DNA of 60,246 nucleotides, filler included, from Bonamia ostreae (GCA_040357525.1; 12 parts of 12 records of this genome joined end to end with filler, not necessarily neighbours in it), one strand, 5' to 3'; positions 46,837 to 58,719 are shown, counted from the whole stretch's first letter. Notes: generated by a model from the sequence alone, not told the origin. Numbers and translations: made by a program.

Positions 46837-47457
46837 TTACAACTCTCCCGAATTTTCAATGACAACGCTTGCGCTCAACTTCCCGGATTGAGAGCCCAAC
46901 GATTCGATTTTTTTGACGAGGTCCATTCCGTTTTCGACTTTCCCGAAAACGACGTGTTTGCCGTCGAGCCAAGAGGTTTTTGTTGTGGTTATGAAGAACT
47001 GAGAACCGTTCGTGTTGGGCCCGGCATTCGCCATTGACAACAGGCCCGGCTCTGTGTGCTTCAACGCAAAATTTTCGTCTTCGAATTTCTTTTTTTTTAA
47101 TTTTAAGCCACAACTATTTTTAAATTTGGAAGCTATTTTGAGCAAATGGTAAATTTTTATTTACAAATTTGGGCAAATTTGCAGAAAAGAAAACATTTCC
47201 ATAAATGCTTTTGCCGCCAGTGCCGTCTCCGTTTGTAAAGTCGCCGGCCTGAAGCATAAAATTGGGGATCACTCTGTGGAAAGCAGATCCCTTGTATCCG
47301 AACCCCATTTTACCTGTACAAAGATCTCGGAAACTTTTATAAAGATTGGCAATAATTACTTTTTACAAGTCCGAGGCACGATATCGTCTCTTAAGCTAAA
47401 TACGATGCGGCCGCTGTTGACGTTGTTGATGGAAATATCGAAGAAGACTTTGGACAT
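46837..47457 (-). CDS. Cyclophilin A-type PPIase, 3 exons
   Basis: [79 protein letters not shown]. Confidence 0.96.
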
Positions 47458-47674
47458 TTAAAATGAGAGGGTTGTGTTAAATGTGTAAAGAAAATATATT
47501 AGGCTAATTTTTATGTTTGAGTTAACGCTGATGTTCATAAAATAATACAACTTAAAGTTTCATTGTGTAATCAAAAAGTTTAACGAATTAAATTGTTTAA
47601 TTTTAATTGTCTAATTAATGAAATATAGTTTAAATTAGACAATTTATTAATTCTGTTTTGTCTAATTTAAGTTA

Positions 47675-48838
47675 ATGAAATATTTTTTAGAAAAACTTGA
47701 AAATATTGGGGCAATTTTGCTTTATTTGAAACACGGCAAACAGAAACCGCCAAAAACGGAAATAAAAGTTTGCTAGATATAAATGTTTAGATCGAAACTT
47801 CCAAAGTCAAAATTTTGATTTTGGGCAATCAGTTTTGTCTAAATTTCGAAGACTTGAGATTCGAACAAAACGGTTCAAATTTTGAAAATGGCGCGATGTG
47901 TTCAATTCTGAGATTGAAATTTGACCGAAACGTGAAATTTGGGCAGAAAAATAGTCATTTCGATGTCTACAATAGCAAATCGGAACTCGAAAAGAAAAAT
48001 TATGATAAAATTTATTGTCGAAAATGCGATTCCGATCTTGAAATCGAAAAAATAGAGAGTGTCTTAGCCATTCCTTCTATGAACTGGTCAGATTATACAG
48101 ATTTATGGTCGTGCCATAAAGAAAGCCCGAATATGCTTTTGAAAATAGAAGATAATATGCTCTTTGTTAAAAGAAAATCGGTTTTATTAAACAGAACATT
48201 TATCGTTTGCCCGTTGACAGCAAACTCAAAAATTTTCGATGTAAAACTTTACAATGCAAAAAATCCGAAACTAAATAGTTTGTCGGACTTAAATTTATTA
48301 CCGAGAGAATTTAACGGAGAAATTGTGTCTGAAATAAATTGCAAAAACTGCAAATCGTTTTTGGGACTTGTCGTTAAAAAACAATATCAAAAAACAATTC
48401 TATTCAAGACACAAATTAAAGCTTTAAATAACATTTTCGATTCTTATAACAATCAAAATTCGCTTGCTGCAAATATTTTGAGCCATTCTTTAGATTTCAA
48501 TTTAAACAAATTGGCAATAAGGAATTTCCGAAATCCGAAAGAAAGCTTAAAAATTTACATTATATCGAAAATAGCTAAAATAGCTTTTGGAGCAATCGGC
48601 TCAAATGAAGTCGTAACTCCAGATTTTGTCGATTCTGTTAAATTAGGATATTCCTCAAAAAAAATCTGAAAATGATATTGAAGGTAAAAACTCTTCGAGC
48701 ATTTGGTGTTTTTGTGAAAAATTGAGTGACATAAAAGAAAGTTTAGATGCCTCGGGAAATGATTGCAATATTAATTTGAAAGTATTTGCCAATCAAAATG
48801 GGTACGACAGAATCGGATTTTTGATTAATAAATTTTAA
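47675..48838 (+). CDS. UBE3D: UBE3D/HECT_2-family E3 ligase-like; one 23-nt intron; frame break at A8 run 48657-48664
   Basis: IYCRKC, LAIPSMNWSDYTDLWSCH, INCKNCKSFLG, SVKLGY; +1 frame continues to IGFLINKF*. Confidence 0.7.
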
Positions 48839-49378
48839 CTTTTTTTCACAAAAATTGTCTTTTTTGAATTAACAAATTTGAACTCTTTTCACTTAACTTC
48901 CTTCTTTTTTTACTATTAATATTTTATTATTTGCTAACTTTAAATAATCAATTTTTATTTAGAAAGCTTTGTTTTGTGCTAAAATCGCTCCTACTAAACT
49001 TTTATCAGTAATTGTTTAAGCAAAAATTGAATTTACTTAAATTAAATAATATATGTGTATTAAATATTTTAGCATTTGCAAAGCTCGATGACAAAAAGAA
49101 AAGTTTCATATCTTTAGTTATTAAATAAAAACTGTTAAGTTCACGGATGAAAAATTATAAATAATTGAAATAAACATTTTTAAGAATTTAAGCGACACAA
49201 AAAAAAACTAAAATACACACAAATTCAAATGGAAAGAAATACAACTCTGGAAACCTTCCAGACGAAGAAAGTGTTCATTTTAAAATATCAATAAAATAAA
49301 GACGATTTTGAATACGAAATTTTAAAAAAAATACTTAAACGACTGAAAAAACGACCACAAACCGACAAAGGGAACAGA

Positions 49379-50023
49379 ATGATTGCCAAATTGTTCTATG
49401 AAAAGTTTGTTGAAGGCGACAGAAGCTTTGATGAAACAAAAAGAAACGATAATAAAATTCGTAAAAAATTTTCAAAAAATAAAATTGAATTGACTTCCGA
49501 TGAACACAAATCGATTAGTCCTGCAAAAAAATTAGATCAAAATCCTGATATCGTATTAAAACAAAAATACGAAATCAAGAAAACATCAAAAGAACGAAAT
49601 ATAAACTATAAAACTCCGAAAACAAAAGATATCGAAAATCAAGATAGAACAGATAGACATTTAAAGATTGCTGCAAAAAGTAATTTGCCCTTTAGCAAAA
49701 AACAAATTCCGAAAAACAAAAATAAAAACTCAAAAAATTATAATCCGCAAAAAAATAAATTCAAAATAAACGATCATTTAAATTCTGGAGCAAGTACTCA
49801 TGAAAACAATTATTTTAGCCAAAAAGCGGAAAAAAGCAGAAAATCTGATTTCTTTGGAATAGCGCAGAACAAACCAAAAAAAGCTATTTCATGGATACGT
49901 TCAAAAACTAGATCGAGATCATGGCTTAAAGATACGATTTCAAAAACTAACAGTTATTCATATTACGACACAGATTCTCGAGAATACAGTTATTCGTATT
50001 ACGATTCCTCTGAAAAGAAATGA
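49379..50023 (+). CDS. Hypothetical K/N/S-rich protein (upstream exon from about 49229 possible)
   Basis: 214-aa ORF ending in duplicated YSY(S)YYD. Confidence 0.5.
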   Translation: MIAKLFYEKFVEGDRSFDETKRNDNKIRKKFSKNKIELTSDEHKSISPAKKLDQNPDIVLKQKYEIKKTSKERNINYKTPKTKDIENQDRTDRHLKIAAKSNLPFSKKQIPKNKNKNSKNYNPQKNKFKINDHLNSGASTHENNYFSQKAEKSRKSDFFGIAQNKPKKAISWIRSKTRSRSWLKDTISKTNSYSYYDTDSREYSYSYYDSSEKK

Positions 50024-50389
50024 ATGGCGAAAATGGAAAAATAAATTTTTTTATAGATTTTTGGAGATTATTTATTATTAAACAATAATAACTAATTTCA
50101 ATTTTGTCTCATTGTTTGATAGCAGTATTTTTTGCAATCCTTCCTTCATTTATTTTCTCTCCAATTGGAAGTTTATGAATTTAACGATAAAAGATAAATT
50201 TTTTTAATATTCCTTTGAAAATAACTGTTTTTAAGTTTTTATTTAATCTTCCGATTCAACGTATAAATCCTCATAATACTTGTTGCTAANNNNNNNNNNN
50301 NNNNNNNNNNNNNNNNNNNNNNNNNNNNNNNNNTTAATTAATTAANNNNNNNNNNNNNNNNNNNNNNNNNNNNNNNNNNNNNNNNNNNN

Positions 50390-51932
50390 GATTAAATTTG
50401 AAATTTTGAAATCGCAAAAAATTGAAATTTGAAATTGCGATTAAAATCGTAAAAATGCCTTTTCGATATCTTCAAATTTGTTTCTTTCGATATCTTCAAA
50501 TTTATCTTTTTCCGTGTTCAAAACATGTTCGCTTTCAACAATTGGTCTATAACTAGAAATATCTACAAAACAAACATTAAAACATTATTTGCAAAAAAAT
50601 ATTTTAGACGGTTTATATATAGTCGATCAACATAATTTGTAAAGCTTGCAAACAAAAAACCGAATTTGTCAGAACCAAATGTCATTGCGCCGATGACAAA
50701 AGGGACGAAAGCACTCCCGGGATAAACTTGGTTTCCGAACAAAACAGCCAATTTTTCGTTGAAGACGATTTTTGGATTTTCGAGGAAATCGTCGATTTTG
50801 ATTTTACTTTTTTCGAACAATAATTTGCATTCGGATATCGGCAATCGTCTGTTTTCCCCCAAATTCAAGTCTTCGCCGCATAAAGACAATTGCAATTTGC
50901 TTTTTTTTTTGCAATTTTTTAATTTTCAATTTTTTAATTTTGTTCAATTTTTAATTTTTTTTAATTTTCAATTTTTTAATTTTTAATTTTGTTCAATTTT
51001 TTTTAATTTTCAATTTTTCATTTTTTTCATTTTTAAAATTTTGTTCGATTTTTTAATTTTCAATTTTTTTAATTTAGAATTTGAAAGCTTACAACCCCAT
51101 CGTGACTATCTACCGTCGTAATGTTTTTTAATTGACGGCAGACATTCAAGAAGTTTTTAGGGCAACCTCAGCCAAATTAGGAGTTCGGATAAACCTACGT
51201 CAAATTAAAACGACCTCCCATTTTGACATCAGTTTGGAAACGACAACATCGGGATTCGAACCCATGCGCACACGAATGCACACACTTAGTCATAACCACT
51301 GAGCCACTGTGCCCAAATTTGCAAAAATTGACAAACCTAATTTGGAGACGATCTTCGATTTGATTAGAATATTTATTTGCGTGTTCAATGCTTTTTGGAT
51401 AATCTTTTTCTCTTTTAATCTTCACAATGTCTGTAAGAGATTTTACTCTTCTCAAATTATTTTCCTTGTTTTCCTTCTTTAATTATGTCAATTTTAAAAT
51501 TATGTCGTCAATAACGAATTTTTGTAAATGAACATTTTCGTTAAAACAATAAAATCGACTATTAAAAACTGTTTTTCCGGAAGATTCGGAATTTTCGGAA
51601 ACGACATCTTCTTCAACTGATTCGCAATACCAATCTTCCTCGTCAGCAAAATAAGCGAATCCATTCTTCGACAATTTCATTTTTAGAGGGGACGGCTGGC
51701 CGTTGATTTCAATGTTTACTACACGTTCAGACGATTTCAGAACTTGCAAAATTCCAAATTTAACGTGGAACGGAGTACATTTATAAATGAAGCCATTTTC
51801 TGTGCGGTGGCGCACGACAATAATGTCGACCGCGCCGGAAAACGTGCTCGTGTTCCAATCGAGAACGCTGCTGGCCATGTTCCGCACAGCTTTGCCAACC
51901 GTCCAAACAGCATTCGAGAACATATTGGTCAT
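50390..51932 (-). CDS. PAH1: Lipin/PAH1 phosphatidate phosphatase, N-Lip and M-Lip parts, 3'-truncated; introns 51477-51569, 50900-51336
   Basis: NTSTFSGAVDIIVV, CTPFHVKFG.LQVLK..E.VVNIEING....LKMKL..NG.AYF; LSLCG...F..NP.I..N.KL.V.FGN. Confidence 0.9.
51157..51313 (-). mobile_element. tRNA-derived SINE-like element, copy B, inside lipin intron 50900-51336 (sense to host)
   Basis: TGGCTCAGTGG A box, GGTTCGAATCCC B box, TTCG-loop hairpin; tail AGGTTTATCCGAACTCCTAATTTGGCTGAGGTTGCCCTAA shared with copy A. Confidence 0.7.
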
Positions 51933-51991
51933 AAAGAGATTAAATGGTTTTTAAAAGATTAAAAGCTAATTAAGAAAGCTTAAATTTAGTC

Positions 51992-52091
51992 NNNNNNNNN
52001 NNNNNNNNNNNNNNNNNNNNNNNNNNNNNNNNNNNNNNNNNNNNNNNNNNNNNNNNNNNNNNNNNNNNNNNNNNNNNNNNNNNNNNNNNNN
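51992..52091. other. 100-N scaffold gap without linker
   Basis: Pure N run. Confidence 0.95.
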
Positions 52092-52175
52092 AACATTAAT
52101 TTAATGTGGAACGAAGGAAAATTTAATAATTTGGAAAAATAATTTATATTTACAATTAATTTAGAATATTTAAAA

Positions 52176-52248
52176 GGTCGAGTGGCGCAATTGGTAGCGC
52201 GTTAGACTTCGGATCTAAAGGTTGCGGGTTCAAATCCCGCCCCGATCG
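52176..52248 (+). tRNA. tRNA-Arg(UCG)
   Basis: GCGC D stem, TTAGA-CTTCGGA-TCTAA anticodon arm, GCGGG-TTCAAAT-CCCGC T arm; one A-C mismatch in the acceptor stem. Confidence 0.9.
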
Positions 52249-52582
52249 TTTAATTTTTTTGTGAATTGATAATATTTTTTTGTTATTAACAACGAATGGA
52301 AGTAACGATTAGATTTACTAAAAATCGAAAACTGATTTTTCCATTTTATACAATTTTGAAGGAAGTCCCTTTTTGCTTTTTAAAATTTGTATTTATAAAC
52401 TTTATTTTGTTCGTTTCAATTTTCTTTTTATTTGAAACTTTTAGTTTTTTTAGCAATCCAACTTTTCTTTTCTTATTTTTATTGTTCAAAATTTTTTATT
52501 TTATAAACTCTTTTTATTTTATAAACTCTTTTTCCCAATTCGTTCAAATTTTTATTGACAACGCAATTTTCTTTTCTTTTTC

Positions 52583-54063
52583 TTAGCGCTCTTTTTTGGA
52601 CAACAACTCTGATTTTTTTGGACGACATATTTTGTTGTTGACTAAAATTCTGAAATTTGTCTTTTTTTAATGTGTTTTTCTATTTGTGTTTGTATTTGCA
52701 GTTCATTTTGTTCTTTTTTCTTTCTATTTTTTTTAATTTTTCGATTTTAATTTTTTTTGGAAATTTACTTGAAAAAATTTAACTTAATTTTATTTTTCAT
52801 CAATTTTATTTTATTTTTAATAATTTCTAATTTTTCTTCAAATTTTTTTTGTCGATTTCAAGATTTCCCAAAATTTTTTTGTTCTCGATTTCCATCAAAT
52901 TTTCTTTTTCCATTTCGTTTTCAAAATTTTCGATTTTGTCAAATTTTGTGATTTTGATTTTCATTAATTTTGTCAATTTATTATTTAAAATTTCAAATTT
53001 TTGGTTTTCCAAAACAATTTTGTTTTCTTCATTTTGTAACATTTCTTTTTCCTCTTTTATTTTTTCGCCCTTTTTTGTTTTTGAATTTTAAAAGGGATTT
53101 TTAAAGTTTGTCCAAAAATAGTTTTTTTAATCCAAATTTATAAAATTATTGAAATCAAAAAATTATTTAACAAACAATTTTTATTAATAAAGCTTCTTTT
53201 TCTAAATTTTTAATCGAAAAAATGTTTTTCGTTTTTGATAATTTTGCAATTTCTTCTGAAACGATTTTGACATTTTTGTCAATTTTTTGATTTTTGTTAT
53301 CAAATTCAATTGAATGTTGTGAAATCGATTTGTAATTTTGGTCCAATTTTTCTAATTTATTTTTCTTCAAATAAATTTTGACAAAAATTAGAAAATTGTA
53401 AAATTGAAAAAATTGTCGTTTTTGAAAAAATTAAAAACGATTTTGTTGTTTTCCTTATTAATCTCCAAATTAAAATTTAGACTTTTTAGTAAATCAGTTT
53501 TAGAAAAAATCTCTTTATCTAAAGAATTTATGTTTTTGATCAAATTATATTTGGCCAAATTCAAAATTTCCATTTTTTGTAAAATTTTGCTGTTTTCGAT
53601 ATTATTTTCAAAATTTGTTTTCGTTTTTTCTAAAATATTTTGTTTTTGTGTTTCAATGTCCGATTTCAGGACTTTAATTTCGTTTTTTGTGGAATTAATA
53701 TTTTCTTTTGTTGTTTCGTTCTTTAATTTTAACTTTTTTGTTAAAATTCAGTTTTAAAAAATTGTAAAAATTTGCAAAACATTTTTTATTTTGTTTTCTT
53801 CATCTTTTACAAATTTAGCCATTTTGTTAAAAATTTCATTTATCGCTTTGTCAGAATTAATTTTTGAAAATTTTTTATGACCAGTTTTCGAAAATTTTTG
53901 GCTATTTCTTTAAAAAATTGCAAAAAAACGACAAATATTGATTAAAATTTAGATTAATTTTAGCAATTTTCTCGTTGATTTTTGTTATTTTATTCTTTTT
54001 CTCGGCAAAATCAATTTTTCTGTAATAATCTTTGACTAATTTTTTAGCCTTCAAATAATCCAT
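52583..54063 (-). CDS. Low-complexity K/N/E-rich coiled-coil protein, multi-exon; boundaries uncertain
   Basis: Chain of minus-strand ORF segments starting MDYLKAKKLVKDYY. Confidence 0.35.
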
Positions 54064-54153
54064 TTTTTTTGAATTTTTGGAATATTTTGAAATTTCAGGA
54101 AAAAATATATCGAACATATTAATAAAAAGTTTAAACAAAACAAAAATCCGAAA

Positions 54154-55112
54154 ATGTCGGATTTTTGCATAAAACTTAACAAAATAATCGGTTTGCAAAA
54201 ATATGACAAATTTAGCAGCGAAATCGATTGGGACGAAAACGGCAAAAAACTGTTTTTCGATTGTATCGAAAACAACAAAATTTTGTCAAAAAACGATTTT
54301 GACAGAGCTTTAGCCATTTTATTAAATTTTTTGGGCTTTTCATATGACTCAAAGTCCGAAATTGTTTTATAAATAAAATTGTTTAAAAATGTAAAGCTTC
54401 GAATTCTAAAAGCGCTTAAAATTTTAATTAAAAACTCAAAATTTTGTAACGACAGAAATGGCCAAATTTTAAAAACTTTCCGCATTGCAATCTCGACTAA
54501 AAATGCCGAAATTTTGGATATTTTATTTTTGTTTATTTTTGAAACGGCGGAAATTTTTATCGAAAAAACCGATTTTTTGTATAAAAACGATTTTGAAGAA
54601 ATCGTTTTGAGGATTTTAGACGAAGCAGAATATGTTCAAACGATCAATAACGATATCGATTATAATTTGGCCAAAGTTAAATTTTCGAAACGCATTAAAT
54701 TTACAAAATTTTACAAAATTTGATATCGATTAAACAAAAACAGAAATTAAATTTTGTTTAATAAATTTGGTCAAAAAATATTAGTCGAAAAAATTACAAA
54801 AATTTGACAAAATTGATAAAAATTAGCCAAAATTAGCCAAAATTAAGTCGAAAAAAAATTGACAAAATTGATAAAAATTAGCCAAAATTAGCCAAAATTA
54901 AGTCGAAAAAAATTAATCCAATAAAAGACGTACAGCAAATCGATAAAATTAATGACAAAAGCGCTAAAATTTCATTCTGTTTTATATTTTCAAAAAATTT
55001 TCAATGTCGCTTTAAACTATTTAAAATCCGATTGTGGTTCAGTCGTTGAAAATTCTATTGAAACTTTGGAAATTATGTTCGATATTTGTCCCGAAAGAGC
55101 TTCTAAATATTT
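54154..55112 (+). CDS. Hypothetical helical-repeat-like protein, 3'-truncated
   Basis: Three ORF segments separated by intron-like tracts, one of them repeat-filled (54780-54912). Confidence 0.45.
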
Positions 55113-55370
55113 TGTTTTTTTTATAAATTTTAATTTGTTTTGATGATTTTTGACCATTTTTGATTTTTTTACATTTTTGACAAATTTTGATTTATTTTGA
55201 CGATTTTGTGACAAATTTTGACAAATTTTGATTTATTTTGACGATTTTTTCCAATTTTTGATTTTTTGTCNNNNNNNNNNNNNNNNNNNNNNNNNNNNNN
55301 NNNNNNNNNNNNNNTTAATTAATTAANNNNNNNNNNNNNNNNNNNNNNNNNNNNNNNNNNNNNNNNNNNN

Positions 55371-56378
55371 GCCATAATAGCAAATTATCTGAGAGAAAAC
55401 AAATTCAAAAAAACCGCAAAACTTTTTTCAAAAGAATTGAAAAAGAAAAAATCAGAAAATCAGAGCGACATTTCTAAAGAACGTCTTTTTTATCAAACAC
55501 AGCAAAACTTGTTTTTAAAATTTTTATTAAAAATGGTCGTTTAACTAATTACAATTTTAATATTGTAATTTAAAAAATAATTTTTTGGACTAAACAATAA
55601 TTTCTAAAAAAAAAGATTTGAAAATTTCTTTTCGAAACCGCTTGAAGAAAAGAAAAACGACAATAAGAAAAACAAAAAAATAGAAAAGAAAACTTCCTCA
55701 AATTCAACAAACCAATCATCATTTGAATCCGAGAAAAATAAAAAAAAAGAATTTAAAGAAAAATCCAAAAAAAGTGTCAAAAATAAAATTGACAAAAAAA
55801 TCGATCCAAAAAAGAAACATATTCTTGAAACATTGAAACAGTCCGAAAATAAAACAACATCTTCATCATCTTCGTCACCAACATCATCTTCATCATCTTC
55901 ATCATCAACATCATCATCTTCATCATCATCGCCGTCATCACCATCTTCATCTTCATCATCATCATCTTCGTCATCGTCATCATCATCTTCAGCGTCATCA
56001 TCATCTTCATCGTCAGATTCAGATTCAGATTCAAAACCAAAAACAAAACAAGAAACAAAAAATAAAAGAAAATTAAAAGAAAAAACAAAACCTTTTAAAA
56101 GAGTTAAAGCAAACAAAGACAATTCTATGAAAGACAATTCTTATAATGGTTTAGTCGAATCTTTATGATTATATTCTTCTCATCTCTTTTTAGCAAATTT
56201 TCAATTAAAATTGTAAAATTACGGGAAAAAAGATAAATCGAATTACGGGAAAAAGGCTTTTATAGACTTCAAAGACGTTAAAGGAAAACATTTTAGAAAA
56301 GAGAAGACAAAGAAGAAAAAAGGTAATTACCGCGGAGGAAAGATTTCATTGGAATCGAATTCAGTTAAATTTGATTGA
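55371..56378 (+). CDS. SRP40: SRP40/Nopp140 (NOLC1)-like nucleolar phosphoprotein, 5'-truncated; introns 55511-55615, 56149-56232
   Basis: LisH-like [17 protein letters not shown], poly-Ser tract, PFKRV, DNSY, YGKKA...[23 protein letters not shown]...NSVKFD*. Confidence 0.9.
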
Positions 56379-56679
56379 ACATTTTTTATTTTTTGGCTAT
56401 TTTGAAATTATATTTTTATCGATTGATTTTCGTTTTTTTAAAGAAAATTTTAGAAAATTTTAAATTTAAAGAAAAAAAATTTTCAACTTTAAAAATCTTT
56501 TTTAAGGCCGTTTACAATAACAAAAATCTTTTTTATTAAAATTATTTTGGATAAATAGTTCTTTTCGTCGCATAAAAAGATTTTCTGGATCAATAACAGA
56601 AAATTACAAAATTTGTTGTCGAAAGACAAAACAAACAGAAATATTATAGAAAAAACTTAAATTTTTTATTCGTACAAAA

Positions 56680-57713
56680 ATGGCTGAACAGATGGAGATA
56701 TGCGATGATAGCAACCCGCAATTTGAGCCCATCGTAAAAAATGGCCGATTGTCATTTGACATTGATTATTTGAATGGGGTAATTTCTTGCATGATCTGCA
56801 ATGGCTATTTTGATGACGCGCATACGATTAGTTTTTGTCTTCATTCATGTTTTCTATTCTTTGTTTTCGAAATTTGGAATTTCTGAGCAAATTTTCAACG
56901 AATAACAATAAATCAAAAAATCTTCAAAAAAGTCTGCAAAGCGTGTATCAAAAAATACTTGAAAAACAATAAATCGCAATGTCCTCGATGTCATTTTGAA
57001 TTACCGCCTAATCCAATGAAGTCGAAAATAGTGTTTTTATTGTTTAATTTGTAAAGAAAATTATTAAAATCGACATTTTTTAAATTCGATTAAATTCCTA
57101 AAATTCGAAGATTTCGAAAATCGACATTATTTAAATATCCAATTTTTATAAAAGCAAAATTAAAAAATCGACATTTAATTAACCAAACAACAGACAAGAT
57201 ACTCAAATGCAAAATTTAGTAGACGCCCTATTAACAAATATCAAAAAACAGAGTAACAAGAAAATAAAGGAAAGCAATGCAAAAGTTTTGAGCGCAGAAA
57301 ACTTTCTTAAAAAAGATAATTTGATAAATTTTTGTCTAAACTTCATAACTCCAGCCAAATCGGAAAAACATTTGGTTGATGAGAAAAAACTAGAAAACCC
57401 TTTTATTTGTGCTCAATCAAACATTACAATGAGGATAATTAGAAAATATCTGGCTTCAAAATTTGATGTCGATTTTGAAAAAGTTTTAATAATCAGTCGA
57501 AACTTGAAAAATAAACAAAAAGATTTATCGTTTAAAAATCAGAATAAAAATTTAAATATTATCGTTTTAAAAATTGTTAATTTTTAGATCGATTTGTTTT
57601 TAGGAAAAGAGAAGCTCGGCGATGAGTGGAATTTATATTTCTTGAAAAAAACAAAATGGGAAAAATCCAAAAATTTAGATTATCAAATTGATTTTGCGAT
57701 AAAAAAGGATTAA
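56680..57713 (+). CDS. Polycomb-group RING finger protein (PCGF/BMI1/DRIP-like; C3HC4 RING plus RAWUL), 4 exons
   Basis: ISCMICNGYFDDAHTISFCLHS/FCKACI...CPRC, QD.QMQNLVD.L, PFI....ITMRIIRKYLA.K, LGDEWNL. Confidence 0.85.
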
Positions 57714-57833
57714 ATTTTAAAAATCGATTTTGTTGTACAGAAATATATTAAATTTAGTCAATAAAATTTTTGATACCACCAAAAACTAATTTTTCGCCCA
57801 AACCAAGAATAAACCCAATTATAAAACAACAAG

Positions 57834-58719
57834 ATGTCGATCATAAAACAACAACTTTTCTATTTTGTCAGTACTTTTTTCGCACTATGCGGCGTATTTG
57901 GAAGTGTTCTTATTTTATTTTTTCGAGGTTGGGCTAAAATTAACGATTTGTTTTATTTGAATGACTTGGTCGATTTAAATTTTGGTCTTCTAAGCGTTAA
58001 AATCTTTTTCAAAAGTAACGGAGAAATGTTGGTTTTGTATCTCTTCAGTGACGCGATACAACTATGCCTAGACAACTCGAAATGTATAAAAGATTACCCG
58101 ATTATCGTACAGATGTACATCGCGCAAATCTCAATCGTTTTGATATACTCTTTGTCGTCTTTCCTTCTTTTCGTTTCTCTGGTAACTCATTTTTCAAAGT
58201 GCAAAAATACTTTTTGGTTTGTCAGATTATTCGCTGTTCTCGGAATTATCACGGGTGTGAGCGTGCCATTATTTTTCAATCTGGTTTTGGCAAAGTATGT
58301 CGCAGATTATTCGTTTTGGAAAGTTCAGTTTTTGTTTGGTTATTGTTACTACTCGACTTATACCCTGAGTTTGGTCGTTTTCTTTGCATGGATTTTGTTT
58401 GAATTGGGATATACATTTGAAAGAGAGAGTTTAGAGAAAAAAGATACCGGAAACAACAAAGATTTTAACAGAAAAGATGGAAGTGTCATCTTTACGTTCA
58501 ATGTCAAACCTGTTTTCAGTTTTTTGTTTTTATGAAAAAGAAAAGAATAGTGAGATATCAATTATGAAAGAGATATATGATCATAAAAAAGATGAAGTGG
58601 ATATAATGAAAACTGACAAAAAGAGAGAAAATGGATACGCTGTTACGGAAGAAAAAACAAAAGATCTGAAAAATTTAGATTTCGATGACATTGATAGCAC
58701 TGTAGAAATAAATAAGTAA
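57834..58719 (+). CDS. Claudin-like four-TM protein with acidic tail; intron about 58512-58545
   Basis: TM1-GWAKI...FGL...C....C; WFVRLFAVLG; FGYCYYS. Confidence 0.65.

Noticed and set aside
51195-51455. ORF reading through the tRNA-like element
   Set aside because: Only 51337-51476 is lipin exon; the rest is intronic, as shown by the phase-matched junction at 50899
4980-55370. Regularly spaced TTAATTAATTAA palindromes about every 5 kb
   Set aside because: Artificial six-frame-stop linkers inside N runs between size-sorted contigs; gene neighbourhood across them is meaningless
55604-56137. Minus-strand poly-Asp/Glu and poly-Met ORFs
   Set aside because: Antisense shadows of the SRP40 poly-Ser (TCA/TCT) tract
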